A DNA stretch of 64,000 bases, taken from Desulfobacterales bacterium. Lineage in GTDB: Bacteria > Desulfobacterota > Desulfovibrionia > Desulfovibrionales > Desulfothermaceae. The stretch is taken from NCBI GenBank assembly GCA_027064715.1, contig JAMOPG010000233.1, positions 1,694 through 65,693 on the forward strand, given 5' to 3'. The notes beneath the pieces are model-generated. The model searched no databases. It was not told the DNA's origin and saw nothing but the letters and a program-made list of their open reading frames with translations. Each line of letters starts with the position of its first letter. Position 1 is the stretch's first letter. The position numbers and the translations under genes are program-made. This document shows positions 9,374 to 20,166 of this stretch, in pieces.

Positions 9374-10298
9374 CTTTTTCCTCCTTTTGTTTTTCTTCTA
9401 TTAATTTTATTAAATTGGTAAGGACCTTGTTTACAGGCGTATTTATGTCAAATTTTTTGCCATATTCCACTATTGCTCCATTAATTGAATCAATTTCAGT
9501 CTGTTTTTTATTTATAATATCTTGATGCATTGATGAGATATTTTTTTGAGTCTTTTTTGCTATATCAACTACTAGCTCAAAAATATCATTATCGATATCT
9601 ATACCCATTGCTCTAGCAACTTTTAATGCCTCCAATACTGCATCTTGTGATATTTCCCTGGCCCATTTAGAACTTGCAATATAGCCATTTTTTACTTTGG
9701 CAATTGCAGTAATTGCATTTATTCCTATGTTGATCAATAATTTTTTCCATATATGATTTTTTATATTATCTGTAACATAGGTTTCAAGATCACAAGCATT
9801 AAAATTCTCCACAATCTTGTTTATTCTTTCTGTAATTTCACCAGATATTTCTCCAATATAAGTTATTCCATTACCACCATGTTTAATAAATCCAGGTTGT
9901 ATCAATGTAGCTCCCTGTCCTGTTGTACCTGCTATAACATAAGATTTTGAAATAAAAGAACAGATTTTTTCAATATTACCTATTCCGTTTTGAAGGGTAA
10001 GGTATAAAGTATCTGGTGAAAATTTGTTATATATATCTTTTAAACCTTTCTCCAACGAATATGTCTTGAGTGTTATTAATACTAGATCAGGATCAAAATC
10101 TATTTGATCTTTATGAAAAACAGCATCTAATTTAAATATGTCTATTTTGCCATCTAATTCTTCAATTTTAAGACCATTTTTTTGGATATTTCGAATATGT
10201 TTTTTATTAGTAGAGTATAGAAGAACCTCATTTGTTTTTGATAACCTGGCACCAAGCAAGCTGCCTAATGCACCTGCGCCAAGTATAAATATTTTCAT
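9366..10298 (-). CDS. panE: 2-dehydropantoate 2-reductase
   Basis: N-terminal Rossmann motif [19 protein letters not shown]. The C-terminal ApbA/PanE-like region includes SSMHQD. Overlaps panB by 8 nt. Confidence 0.85.
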   Translation of the reverse strand: MKIFILGAGALGSLLGARLSKTNEVLLYSTNKKHIRNIQKNGLKIEELDGKIDIFKLDAVFHKDQIDFDPDLVLITLKTYSLEKGLKDIYNKFSPDTLYLTLQNGIGNIEKICSFISKSYVIAGTTGQGATLIQPGFIKHGGNGITYIGEISGEITERINKIVENFNACDLETYVTDNIKNHIWKKLLINIGINAITAIAKVKNGYIASSKWAREISQDAVLEALKVARAMGIDIDNDIFELVVDIAKKTQKNISSMHQDIINKKQTEIDSINGAIVEYGKKFDINTPVNKVLTNLIKLIEEKQKEEKDG

Positions 10299-10351
10299 GA
10301 CATATCCACCTTATATTTTTTATGTAAAAAAATAGTTATATAACTTAAGAC

Positions 10352-10617
10352 TCAACTTCTTTTCATTGTTATAAAAAATTTATTGTCAATAACTTGGGCT
10401 GACAATGCACCTATGAATGAGTTTGTCATTATTATTTCTTGAAATTTTGGAAGTTCATCAGGGTATATCTTTTTTGTTATTATGTTATAGAACCATCTTT
10501 ATTTAATATAATTGCTTCTTGAAATCCCATTGATTCAGCCCATTGTTTGGCTTTGAAGTAAAATAAATAATTTAAAGTTTTATGGCTTGCAAGGGGAGCT
10601 TGTCTTTTTCTGAAAAA
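10352..10617 (-). pseudogene. Remnant of a class IV (branched-chain / D-amino-acid / ADC lyase type) aminotransferase
   Basis: Minus-strand translation gives HKTLNYLFYFKAKQWAESMGFQEAIILNKDGSIT, followed by a stop. In a different frame it gives IYPDELPKFQEIIMTNSFIGALSAQVIDNKF. These match the K-x-LN-L...AK-EA...G..EAI.L and DE-F-T-S...-PV..ID blocks of fold-type IV enzymes. The roughly 55 aa between those blocks and the whole N-terminal half are missing. Confidence 0.55.
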
Positions 10618-10626
10618 ATTCCAACT

Positions 10627-11305
10627 TTAATTGTCTTGGTTCAGCGTGAAATGGAATTTTCCCGGATAAAAATAAGCTAGTTTTAATTTACAAAAAGGCC
10701 TATAAAAGACAGATGTCCCTGTAACACACATCAAAGGGTTGTCAAGGACAAGCCTTTCAGGTGCGCCTTTGGCGCATCCTTGACACCCATTTTTCGTATG
10801 TTGATTCTGAAAGTGCCGACGGCGGGGGGACGCCGACTCTTCCTTTACCTCTGGCGAAGGGACAATTATTTTTCTCTTTTGACACATTACTTTTCTACGT
10901 TCTCTAGCCTCATAAAGTTTACGATCTCGTTCTTCAAATATCTCTTTATCTCTTCCTTCAAGCTTATCTTTTGGCGTTATATATCCTATGGCGCTATGAA
11001 GACGTTTAGAATTATAGTATTCTACAAAATCACCTACTATTCTCCTGGCATCACTGAGGGAGATAGGGCAGTGGACTCGTAGACACTCTTTCTTTAAACA
11101 TTTGAGAGGGATTTCGGAAGTAGTTGATTAGAGCATTTCTGAGTTTACAAGTTTTAAATCCAAAAGAAGAGTATTTGATTTTAAGCAATTCTTTGATGAG
11201 AGCAAGTTGTCTGTCTAAAATGTCACCGCGAAGGATAACACGATCAAAAGATGAATGGGAAAACTTGATATTTTTTGAAAATTGAGCGATAAAGTTGTTG
11301 TTCAC
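10627..11305 (-). mobile_element. Degraded mobile-element remnant (transposase tail plus unassigned fragments)
   Basis: Contains the IS3-type integrase-core C-terminus, a locally GC-rich structured segment, and an 84-aa ORF of unknown origin. No intact transposase and no paired inverted repeats found. Confidence 0.5.
10888..11100 (-). pseudogene. C-terminal ~70 aa of an IS3-family (rve integrase-core) transposase
   Basis: Minus-strand translation is LKKECLRVHCPISLSDARRIVGDFVEYYNSKRLHSAIGYITPKDKLEGRDKEIFEERDRKLYEARERRK. The YYN..R.HSA.GY.TP block is the conserved end of rve-domain transposases. The catalytic DDE region is absent. Confidence 0.65.
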
Positions 11306-11484
11306 AGGTAATTTTCCTCCTTAAAGAGTGTTTGCAAATCAGCTATTAGGAAATTATCTGTGACCACTCAATTTTTTTTCATACAAAGTTATGGGACTTA
11401 TCAATAACTAAGAAACTCATAATACAAACCAGCATGCAATTTTCGGAACTTTAGTTTGATAAATAAAATATATTGTTTCATTTT

Positions 11485-12927
11485 ATGAGATGTGCTGTAG
11501 TGGTACCACCTATAGAGGATTTTTATTACACTCCCCATAGGGGCAGTTTTTTAGGTGCTCATATTGTAGCAAGGATTTTGAAATCCTTGGGATATTTAGT
11601 TGATCTATATATATTTCCTAATACCAAAAAGCCCAGAATAATCCAAATACCAGATGAACTTAGGTACTTAAAAGATTTTATAATTGATGGTGAAGTAGGG
11701 CCTTTTTCTTATTTTACCACATACAAGAGATTTGGACCAGATTATAAAAAAGCAGCAGAACTTATTTTACTTAATTCTCCTGATTTAGTCTTTATTTCAT
11801 GTTTTGCATTTTGTTATACAAAATCCACTATAAGAGTTGCAGAAGAAATCACGAAAAAAGACAAAAATATTAAAATAATCGTTGGTGGTGCAGGTGTATC
11901 AGTATTCCCAGAATACTTTGAAAATACAGGGCTTTTTTACTCAGTTTTAACAAAAGAAGCTGAAATCGCCATACCTGAGTTTTTTGGAAGGGATGTCAGA
12001 TTTGATTTGATACCTTCGGTGGTAAACACAAAGAATACGAAAAGAGTTTCATATTTTTCTACTTATCTAACAAGGGGATGTCCAAAAAATTGCGGCTTTT
12101 GTTCTGTTGCATTGGTACATGGCAGAAAATTAAGGGAGGTGGATTCCAACCTATTGATGGATATCTTGCCTGATGAAGATAACTCAAAAATTTTTTTATT
12201 TAATTTTGAAGATGACAATGTCTTATTAAAAAAAGAGTCTTTTTTTGAGGTGTTGCAAAAGATCAAAAGTAGATATTCAAAAGTCCTATTTAGTTGTGAA
12301 AATGGCATTGATTATAGGGAATTAGACATAGATACCCTACAAACAATGATAAACTTGGGTTTTAGACAATTTAATTTATCAATCGTTAATGTAAATAAAA
12401 GGATATTATTGGAACAAAAAAGGACATTTTTAAGGGATAAATTTATTGAGCTAGTGGATTATTTAAAGGAACAAGATATTGAAACAATTGTGTATTTTAT
12501 TGCTGGATTTAGAGGTGAGTCTTGGAAAGATAGTATAAAAAATCTTATATTTTTAGCTCAGTTAGGAGAAAGAGTTAGGGTTGGTCTTTCTGTGTTTTAT
12601 CCTGTTCCTGGGATTTTGGGATTTGAAGAAAAAGGATTTTTTTTAGACAAAAGTCCCTATCTTTTATGCTCTTCTGCTGCATATCCATGGAACAATTCTT
12701 TAACAACACAAGATTTTATTACATTATTCAGGTTAGCTAGAGTAATAAATTTTTTAAAAAGACCTATTATAGAAAATGAATCTTATTATGTTGTAAAAAA
12801 AATCATAAGAGAAAAAAGACTCTACACATTTGTAAAAAATATTCCCTATCCTGTTGAAGTAAAAAATTATAATAGAGATATGGTCAAAGAGCTTTTTGAT
12901 AATTTGAAGATTACATTGAAGAAGTAG
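11485..12927 (+). CDS. B12-binding-domain radical SAM protein (class B-like), function unknown
   Basis: Radical SAM cluster motif CPKNCGFC (in YLTRGCPKNCGFCSV), preceded by a Rossmann-like N-terminal domain. The ORF is open from a TTG at 11473; the first ATG is at 11485. Confidence 0.75.
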   Translation: MRCAVVVPPIEDFYYTPHRGSFLGAHIVARILKSLGYLVDLYIFPNTKKPRIIQIPDELRYLKDFIIDGEVGPFSYFTTYKRFGPDYKKAAELILLNSPDLVFISCFAFCYTKSTIRVAEEITKKDKNIKIIVGGAGVSVFPEYFENTGLFYSVLTKEAEIAIPEFFGRDVRFDLIPSVVNTKNTKRVSYFSTYLTRGCPKNCGFCSVALVHGRKLREVDSNLLMDILPDEDNSKIFLFNFEDDNVLLKKESFFEVLQKIKSRYSKVLFSCENGIDYRELDIDTLQTMINLGFRQFNLSIVNVNKRILLEQKRTFLRDKFIELVDYLKEQDIETIVYFIAGFRGESWKDSIKNLIFLAQLGERVRVGLSVFYPVPGILGFEEKGFFLDKSPYLLCSSAAYPWNNSLTTQDFITLFRLARVINFLKRPIIENESYYVVKKIIREKRLYTFVKNIPYPVEVKNYNRDMVKELFDNLKITLKK

Positions 12928-12938
12928 TGGGGTAATTT

Positions 12939-15182
12939 ATGCAAAAATGCTTTTTATTTGTCTGTTTATTTTTCTTGATTACTTTTAAAATTGCCAATGC
13001 AAAAGATAATGTTTTAAAGTTAACGTTAAAAAGATCTCCTTTTCACATGACTGCAGATAGAGTTAAATATCATAGCGAACAAGAGATTATAGAGGCATTT
13101 GGGAATGTGTATTTGAGCTCTGAGGATTATAAAATAAGAGCTGATTATGGAAAATATGATAAAAAGAACAGGATAATATATTTGAAAAAAAATGTATCTG
13201 CTAATTGGAATGGCAACATTATTTCAGGAGATGAGATAGAGGTATATGTTACTAATTCCACTGGATGGATCAGAGGGGGGGAGATATTTTATTCTGTTCC
13301 TCACCTATATTTTAGAGGGAAATTGATGGAGAAAACAGGAAATAAGACCTTTGTTTTTAAAGACACAGAGATCACAGGTTGTGATTCTAGGGTGCCAGAT
13401 TGGTCATTGTGGATAAAAAAAGGTCGTATTGATGAGGATGGTGAGGCACGGTTAAGACATGTATTTTTTGAAATCAAAAAACATAAGGTATTTTATTTTC
13501 CTTATCTGCAACTTCCTGTATTAGTAAAGAGAAAATCAGGATTTTTAATTCCAGAATTTGTTTCTTCTTCAAGGGATGGAAGAGGAGGTATATTGCCATA
13601 TTATCATGTTTTATCAGAAGAACAAGATGTGACCTTTTACCCAGGATATTTGACAAAGAGGGGAAAACTTTTGGGGGTAGAATATAGATTTGCCCCAAAT
13701 TTAAAGACAAAAGGTCTTGTTATGGTGAGTTATCTACATGATAAAGTTGATTATAACACTGAAACAGACGCTCCTTACTCTTATGAGGAGGGACTGATTA
13801 GACCAAATAAGAATAGGTATTGGATTAGAGGAAAGATAAATTCTTATTTTCTTAATCCAGATATAGATCTAAAGATGGATATAGACTATGTATCAGATCA
13901 GGACTATTTAAGGGAATTTGATTCTGGTTATCTTGGATATGAGTCTAGTAGAGCAAGTTTTAAGGATGCATTTGGAAGGGATATTTTAAACAAAGACAGT
14001 TTGATTAGAGAAAATTTTCTTACATTGACAAAAAATATAAATCTTGGTTCTCTTTATTTTAAGACCATATATAGGGAAGATGTGAGATATAAAAATCACA
14101 ATCTAGATCCAACAAAGGATACAACTGTTCAAACTCTTCCAGAAATTGGCTTTAATTTATATAAAACGCCAATATTAGATGACAAGTTCGATTTAGAAGC
14201 ACATAGCGCTGCAACATATTTTTATAGAAGATATTCAACTAAAGGCACAAGGGTAGATTTATATCCAAAAGTAAGTAAAACATTATCCTTTATATATGGA
14301 ACTATTATTCCATCAATTGCCTTAAGAAACACAAGTTATTTTTTAGATGATACAGTGGGCAATGATATGCAGAATTTTGAAAATAGATTTTTATTGGAAA
14401 CAAATATTGATTATTCAACACAATTATACAGAGTCTTTAGGTTTGGGAAAAATGGTATAGATCAGATTGCAGTGAGGCATATGGTTAACCCTGAATTAGG
14501 TTATTTTCACAGGTTTTTAAGGACCAGGGATGATCTACCACGTTTTGATTCTGTTGATTCCTATACCAGAGAAGAATATATAAGTTATAGCCTGGATAAT
14601 ATTTTTACCTTAAAGACCACTAATGAAAATGGTGCAAAAAAATATAGAGATATAGCAAAGTTAAAGATTTCCCAAAAATATGATCTTAAAGAGGCGGGTA
14701 GAGAGAAGGATCTTCACACATATCCAAAAAGGCCTTTTAGTGATGTGCGGTTAGAATATAGATTAATTCCTGTTGAAAATTTGTCCTTAACCGGAAATTT
14801 GTGGTTTTCTCCATATATAAAGGGGATCACAGAGCTGGAAAATAGATTTGAAATAAGGCCAATAACTAATTTGAATTTGCATACCTCCTATAATTATCAA
14901 AGAAAATTAACAGATGATATTCATAGGCTCAATCAAGAGAAATTATCCACCATATCATTTGGAGGAACCTTTAATTTAAACAATAAGTGGGAATTTTCTT
15001 TTGAAAATGAGAAAGATTTATACAGGGATGAGGTGGTAAAGACATGGGCTATAGTTAGATATAGACATCAGTGTTGGAGCATATCAACTGAGTTTGATCA
15101 CACCCAGGATGAAGATAGGGTAGTGATTTATATTTCTCTGGGATCTTTAGGAGAGATAAATCAAGGATTTAGATTGCAATAA
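12939..15182 (+). CDS. lptD: LPS-assembly outer membrane protein LptD
   Basis: Signal peptide (FLITFKIANA), an OstA-like N-terminal domain, and a large beta-barrel C-terminal region of typical LptD length (747 aa). Confidence 0.8.
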   Translation: MQKCFLFVCLFFLITFKIANAKDNVLKLTLKRSPFHMTADRVKYHSEQEIIEAFGNVYLSSEDYKIRADYGKYDKKNRIIYLKKNVSANWNGNIISGDEIEVYVTNSTGWIRGGEIFYSVPHLYFRGKLMEKTGNKTFVFKDTEITGCDSRVPDWSLWIKKGRIDEDGEARLRHVFFEIKKHKVFYFPYLQLPVLVKRKSGFLIPEFVSSSRDGRGGILPYYHVLSEEQDVTFYPGYLTKRGKLLGVEYRFAPNLKTKGLVMVSYLHDKVDYNTETDAPYSYEEGLIRPNKNRYWIRGKINSYFLNPDIDLKMDIDYVSDQDYLREFDSGYLGYESSRASFKDAFGRDILNKDSLIRENFLTLTKNINLGSLYFKTIYREDVRYKNHNLDPTKDTTVQTLPEIGFNLYKTPILDDKFDLEAHSAATYFYRRYSTKGTRVDLYPKVSKTLSFIYGTIIPSIALRNTSYFLDDTVGNDMQNFENRFLLETNIDYSTQLYRVFRFGKNGIDQIAVRHMVNPELGYFHRFLRTRDDLPRFDSVDSYTREEYISYSLDNIFTLKTTNENGAKKYRDIAKLKISQKYDLKEAGREKDLHTYPKRPFSDVRLEYRLIPVENLSLTGNLWFSPYIKGITELENRFEIRPITNLNLHTSYNYQRKLTDDIHRLNQEKLSTISFGGTFNLNNKWEFSFENEKDLYRDEVVKTWAIVRYRHQCWSISTEFDHTQDEDRVVIYISLGSLGEINQGFRLQ

Positions 15183-15201
15183 TTTAGACAAGGATAGATT
15201 T

Positions 15202-16902
15202 ATGCCAAATATCAAAATCTTACCCAAACATGTGCAAAATATGATAGCAGCAGGAGAGGTGGTGGAGCGCCCTGCAAATGTGATTAAAGAACTAATAGAA
15301 AATAGCTTAGATGCTGGGGCTGACAATATTTATTGTGAGATACAGGGGGGAGGAGATATTTTGATTGTGGTTCAAGACAATGGTATAGGGATGGATAAAG
15401 ATGATTTAAGGCTTGCTGTAAAAAGACATGCAACAAGTAAATTATATTCCCACGAGGACTTATTTGCTATTTCATCCTTTGGTTTTAGGGGAGAGGCCCT
15501 TCCATCTATTGGGTCTGTGTCTCATTTAAAGATATGTTCCAAAACAGAAAAAGACGAATATGGTCATGTTATAGAGGTGATCTTTGGGGAAGAGCAAGAA
15601 ATATCTGTGTGTGCAATGAATAAGGGGACAAAGGTGGAGGTTAGAGATCTTTTTTTGAAGGTCCCTGCAAGACTTAAGTTTATGAAATCCAAAAATGTGG
15701 AGGCAAAAAAGTGTCAGGAGATCTTTTATAAAATAGCATTGTGCCATTTAGACAAGGATTTTGTGTTTGTCAGGGAGGGGAAACAAGTGTTGAATTTTTT
15801 TAAGGGAGAGGATTTCTTGACTAGACTGTCAAACATATGGCCAGCTAGGCTTGTGTCAAATTTCAGGGAAGTTCAACTAGTAGAAGGGGATTATAGGGTT
15901 TATGGATATGTAGGTGATCCAAAGTATCCACAGGCTAGGGGAGATCGGATCATATTTTATGTGAACAAAAGACCAATTAAAGATAAACTTTTGCTTAAGG
16001 CCTTAAAGCAGGCATATTCTGGCAAGATACTTGGTAGAGAATATCCTTGCGGAGTAATATTTATAGATATGCCTTTTAATGAAGTAGATGTAAATGTTCA
16101 TCCAGCAAAGATGGAAGTTAAATTTAGAGATGAATCTTATATAATTTCCATTGTATATAGGGCAGTAAAGGGAGCTTTAGATAAGATATATGCATCTTTT
16201 TTTGAAAATAAAAAACAGGATAAAATAGATTTAAATGGGCAGAAGAGTGAGCTAAAAACTAATTATCATTTTAATAAGGATATACTAGCAGTCAAAGAAG
16301 ATAGTTTTGACAAAGATTATCTATTTTCTATAAATAAAGTTTTTAAAGAGGAGAGAAAAAAAACAAAAGAAAAATTTATATATATTGGTCAGATAGCAAA
16401 TACTTATATTGTAATAAAAGAAGATGAGAGGCTAATAATTTTAGACCAACATGCTGTACATGAAAGAATCTTGTTTGAAAATTTTAAAAACAAGATAAAA
16501 AGAGCGCAGCAAAGACTCCTAAATCCAATTGAGATTAAACTCTATAGAGACATAGATGAGAAAGATATAAAGATCTTTCTTGAACAAAGTGGTTTTCAGG
16601 GAAAAATAGAAAATGATAAGCTAATAATCACCTCATATCCTTCATTTCTTGATATAAAAGAGACTAAAGAGTGTTTAACAGAGTTTTTTTTGGGTGGTAA
16701 GATCAAGATAGATGATTTTATAGAGATAATAGCATGTAAAAGGGCAATAAAGGCAGGTCAATATTTAACAGATCACGAAACAGAACAGTTGATTAAAGAA
16801 TGGTTAAAATGTGAAAATAGAGATTTTTGTCCACATGGAAGGCCAACAAATATAATTATTGAGAAAAATATGTTAGAAAAGATGTTTAAAAGAAAGGCAT
16901 AA
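15202..16902 (+). CDS. mutL: DNA mismatch repair protein MutL
   Basis: N-terminal GHKL ATPase motifs: IAAGEVVERPANVIKELIENSLDAGA, DNGIGM, FGFRGEAL. Confidence 0.92.
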   Translation: MPNIKILPKHVQNMIAAGEVVERPANVIKELIENSLDAGADNIYCEIQGGGDILIVVQDNGIGMDKDDLRLAVKRHATSKLYSHEDLFAISSFGFRGEALPSIGSVSHLKICSKTEKDEYGHVIEVIFGEEQEISVCAMNKGTKVEVRDLFLKVPARLKFMKSKNVEAKKCQEIFYKIALCHLDKDFVFVREGKQVLNFFKGEDFLTRLSNIWPARLVSNFREVQLVEGDYRVYGYVGDPKYPQARGDRIIFYVNKRPIKDKLLLKALKQAYSGKILGREYPCGVIFIDMPFNEVDVNVHPAKMEVKFRDESYIISIVYRAVKGALDKIYASFFENKKQDKIDLNGQKSELKTNYHFNKDILAVKEDSFDKDYLFSINKVFKEERKKTKEKFIYIGQIANTYIVIKEDERLIILDQHAVHERILFENFKNKIKRAQQRLLNPIEIKLYRDIDEKDIKIFLEQSGFQGKIENDKLIITSYPSFLDIKETKECLTEFFLGGKIKIDDFIEIIACKRAIKAGQYLTDHETEQLIKEWLKCENRDFCPHGRPTNIIIEKNMLEKMFKRKA

Positions 16903-16993
16903 AAATTTTTTAAAAAGGATATGAGAAGTTTATTTATTATAAGATAAGCACTTTTCTCTTGATGAAAATCCTTTGCTTTTATAGATTGAAACC

Positions 16994-17599
16994 ATGGCAA
17001 CAGAGAAAGAGATCAAATTTTCAATAGACAATTTTCACCATATTAGAGATAGGTTAAAAGAGCTGGGTTTTAATTTTGTGGACAGGTATTTTGAAGAGAA
17101 TGTTGTTTTTGACTTTCAAGATAAAAGATTGAAAACCCAAAAAAAATTGCTCAGGTTAAGAAGTATTAGAGACAGACATATCTTATGCTTTAAACAACCA
17201 ACAGATGCGTCTGATTCTGATCTTAAGTCCATGGAAGAGATAGAGACTGAAATCAAAAACAGAGATAACTTGATTGTGATTTTAAAAAATTTGGGATTAG
17301 CTGTATCATTTAAATATGAAAAAATAAGAGAGAAGTGGGAAAAAGAGGATGTAGTAGTGTGTCTAGATATACTTCCATTTGGGGATTATTTAGAGGTTGA
17401 AACAAAAGGCGATATGGATATAATAGAGGTTGCAAGAGAGATTGGCCTTGATTTACAGAAAAAAGATATTAGAAATTATCATGAAATCAATAGAGAGAAG
17501 AGAAAAGAGTTGGGGCTTGCCCCAGATGATAATTTTACATTTGAAGAGTGGAAAAAAATAAGACAAGATTTAAATGGAGTTTTGGAACATGGATATTAA
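16994..17599 (+). CDS. CYTH-domain protein (class IV adenylate cyclase / triphosphatase family)
   Basis: N-terminal ExExK motif (EKEIKF) and about 200 aa, typical of CyaB/CYTH proteins. Confidence 0.65.
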   Translation: MATEKEIKFSIDNFHHIRDRLKELGFNFVDRYFEENVVFDFQDKRLKTQKKLLRLRSIRDRHILCFKQPTDASDSDLKSMEEIETEIKNRDNLIVILKNLGLAVSFKYEKIREKWEKEDVVVCLDILPFGDYLEVETKGDMDIIEVAREIGLDLQKKDIRNYHEINREKRKELGLAPDDNFTFEEWKKIRQDLNGVLEHGY

Positions 17600-17900
17600 A
17601 GAGCTACCAGAACTCCAAGAAGATGTATCTGTGGATGAGGAGCTGAAAGAGCCACCAAAGTATAAGGTTTTAATGCACAACGATGACTATACAACAATGG
17701 AGTTTGTTGTTAGGGTGTTGATGACAGTGTTTCACAAGCCCAAGGCTGAGGCAGTAAGGATTATGCTCAATATTCACCATACGGGAATAGGTGTGTGTGG
17801 GGTCTATCCCTATGAAATAGCTGAAACAAAGGTGGCCCTTGTTCATAACATGGCTAGAAAGGAAGGTTTTCCTTTAAAATGCACCATAGAAGAGGTTTAA
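17574..17900 (+). CDS. clpS: ATP-dependent Clp protease adaptor ClpS
   Basis: YKVLMHNDDYTTMEFVVRVLMTVFHK is the ClpS core. An alternative start lies at 17589 (MDIKEL). Confidence 0.9.
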   Translation: MEFWNMDIKELPELQEDVSVDEELKEPPKYKVLMHNDDYTTMEFVVRVLMTVFHKPKAEAVRIMLNIHHTGIGVCGVYPYEIAETKVALVHNMARKEGFPLKCTIEEV

Positions 17901-17901
17901 T

Positions 17902-20166
17902 ATGTTAAGTAGAGAGTTAGAAAAGATTTTTGCCCTTGCAATCAGGGAAGTACGAATACGACATCACGAATTTTTGACCTTGGAGCATGTGTTGTATGCA
18001 TATCTTTTGGTGCCTGAAGGCAAAGATATTTTAGTAAATTGCGGGGTAGATTTATCTCGTTTAAAAAGACAGCTAGAGAGATATTTTGCTGACAATTTAG
18101 AGTCATATCCCCATACTTCTGGAAAAGAGGTTATCCAGACATTGGCTGTTCAGAGGGTTCTTCAGCGGGCAATTATTCATGTGCAATCAGCAGACAAAAA
18201 AGAGGTGGAACCTGGGGATTTTTTGGCGGCAGCAATGGAAGAAACAGATTCATATGCAGTATATTTTTTAAAAAGTCATGGAGTAGAGAGGTTAGATATT
18301 TTAGAATATATATCCCATGGCCCAAAAACACAACAACCTTTTCAAAAAAAAGGTGAGTCATTTTTAGAAAAATATACCCAAAACCTTGTGTTAAAGGCAA
18401 AAATGGGTCTTATTGATCCCTTGATTGGTCGCAAAAAAGAACTTGAGAGGACCATTCAAATATTGTGCAGAAGACGAAAGAACAATCCACTCTTTGTTGG
18501 AGAGCCAGGGGTGGGAAAGACTGCCCTTGCAGAGGGTCTTGCATATAAGATTGCCAAAGGTGAGGTACCTGAACGTTTTCTAGATACCACCATCTATGCC
18601 CTTGATATGGGATCTTTAATCGCTGGCACCAAGTTCAGGGGAGATTTTGAGGCAAGACTCAAGGGCATAATAAATGAATTGCAAAAAAAAAGAGATAATG
18701 TGATATTGTTCATTGATGAGATACACACAGTAGTGGGTGCTGGTGCAAGCAGTGGTGGATCTTTGGATGCATCAAATATATTAAAACCTGTTTTGGCATC
18801 TGGTGAGATTAGATGTATTGGGTCAACAACCTATGAGGAATACAAAAACCTATTTGAAAAAGACAGGGCTTTATCTAGGCGTTTTCAGAAGATAGATATT
18901 GAGGAGCCATCACGTGAAGAAACTATTGAGATTTTAAAAGGCCTAAAAAAATATTATGAACAATTTCACAATATTTCTTACACAAATAAGGCGTTAGAGG
19001 CTGCAGTTGATTTGAGTATCAAATATCTGCCTGACAGGTTTTTGCCTGACAAGGCAATAGATGTAATTGATGAATGTGGTGCTCATTTGACTCTGCACAA
19101 AAAGGATAGAAAGGTTGTTGGTGTAAAGGATGTGGAGACTGTTGTTGCAAAGATGGCCAGGGTGCCAATAAAGAGTGTAGAGAGGTCAGACAAGAATAGG
19201 TTAAAATCTTTAGAACAAGAATTGTTAAAGGTTGTGTATGGTCAAGATGAGGCAGTAAAGCAGGTGGTTGCGGCTATTAAAAGGGCAAGGGCGGGGCTTA
19301 GAGAACCAAATAAACCAATTGGGAGCTTTTTATTTGTTGGACCAACTGGAGTTGGAAAGACAGAGCTTGCAAGACAGCTGGCCAATATATTGGGGATCAA
19401 TTTTCTCAGATTTGATATGAGTGAATATATGGAGCAGCATTCAGTGGCGAGGTTAATTGGTGCTCCCCCTGGATATATTGGATTTGATCAAGGAGGACTT
19501 TTGACTGATGCTATCAGAAAACATCCCCAGAGTGTGCTATTGTTAGATGAGATAGAAAAGGCACATCCAGATCTGTTTAATATACTATTACAGGTAATGG
19601 ACTATGCTACTTTGACTGATAATACAGGAAGAAAAGCAGATTTTAGACATGTAATCCTCCTTATGACATCAAATATTGGTGCAAGAGAGATGTCCACTTC
19701 TTCCATTGGATTTGCAAAAGGCGAGATAGAGGATAAGTCTCATAAAGGGATCAAAGCTGCACAAAGATATTTCTCCCCTGAGTTTAGAAATAGATTGGAC
19801 GCCATAATTCCATTCAGACCTCTATCAAAAGATCTCATGAAAAAGATTGTGGATAAGTTTATTAGGGAGTTAAATGAACAAATAAGGGACAAAAAGGTTG
19901 TTGTGAAATTGACTGAAGAAGCTAGAGAGGTTTTGGCTGAAAAAGGTTTTGATCCAGACTATGGGGCAAGGCCTCTAAGACGTGTTATTCAAAAGGAGAT
20001 AGCAAATCCACTTACAGATGAAATACTCTTTGGTAGATTGGAACATGGTGGAGTGGTATATGTGTCTGTTGAAAGAAGAGAAGGTGATGCTACATTTGTG
20101 TTTGAATTTGAAGATAAACAAAAAAATGGTGTAAAAAGGCAGATGTGTGAAGTGGAGTCTTGTTAA
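17902..20166 (+). CDS. clpA: ATP-dependent Clp protease ATP-binding subunit ClpA
   Basis: Two AAA modules (GEPGVGKTA and GPTGVGKTE Walker A motifs) and a Clp N-domain, immediately downstream of clpS. Confidence 0.92.
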   Translation: MLSRELEKIFALAIREVRIRHHEFLTLEHVLYAYLLVPEGKDILVNCGVDLSRLKRQLERYFADNLESYPHTSGKEVIQTLAVQRVLQRAIIHVQSADKKEVEPGDFLAAAMEETDSYAVYFLKSHGVERLDILEYISHGPKTQQPFQKKGESFLEKYTQNLVLKAKMGLIDPLIGRKKELERTIQILCRRRKNNPLFVGEPGVGKTALAEGLAYKIAKGEVPERFLDTTIYALDMGSLIAGTKFRGDFEARLKGIINELQKKRDNVILFIDEIHTVVGAGASSGGSLDASNILKPVLASGEIRCIGSTTYEEYKNLFEKDRALSRRFQKIDIEEPSREETIEILKGLKKYYEQFHNISYTNKALEAAVDLSIKYLPDRFLPDKAIDVIDECGAHLTLHKKDRKVVGVKDVETVVAKMARVPIKSVERSDKNRLKSLEQELLKVVYGQDEAVKQVVAAIKRARAGLREPNKPIGSFLFVGPTGVGKTELARQLANILGINFLRFDMSEYMEQHSVARLIGAPPGYIGFDQGGLLTDAIRKHPQSVLLLDEIEKAHPDLFNILLQVMDYATLTDNTGRKADFRHVILLMTSNIGAREMSTSSIGFAKGEIEDKSHKGIKAAQRYFSPEFRNRLDAIIPFRPLSKDLMKKIVDKFIRELNEQIRDKKVVVKLTEEAREVLAEKGFDPDYGARPLRRVIQKEIANPLTDEILFGRLEHGGVVYVSVERREGDATFVFEFEDKQKNGVKRQMCEVESC

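Noticed and set aside
10780-11082. 100-aa plus-strand ORF across the IS remnant.
   Set aside because: The opposite strand over the same bases gives a clear rve-transposase C-terminus. The plus-strand translation is low-complexity with no recognisable motif.
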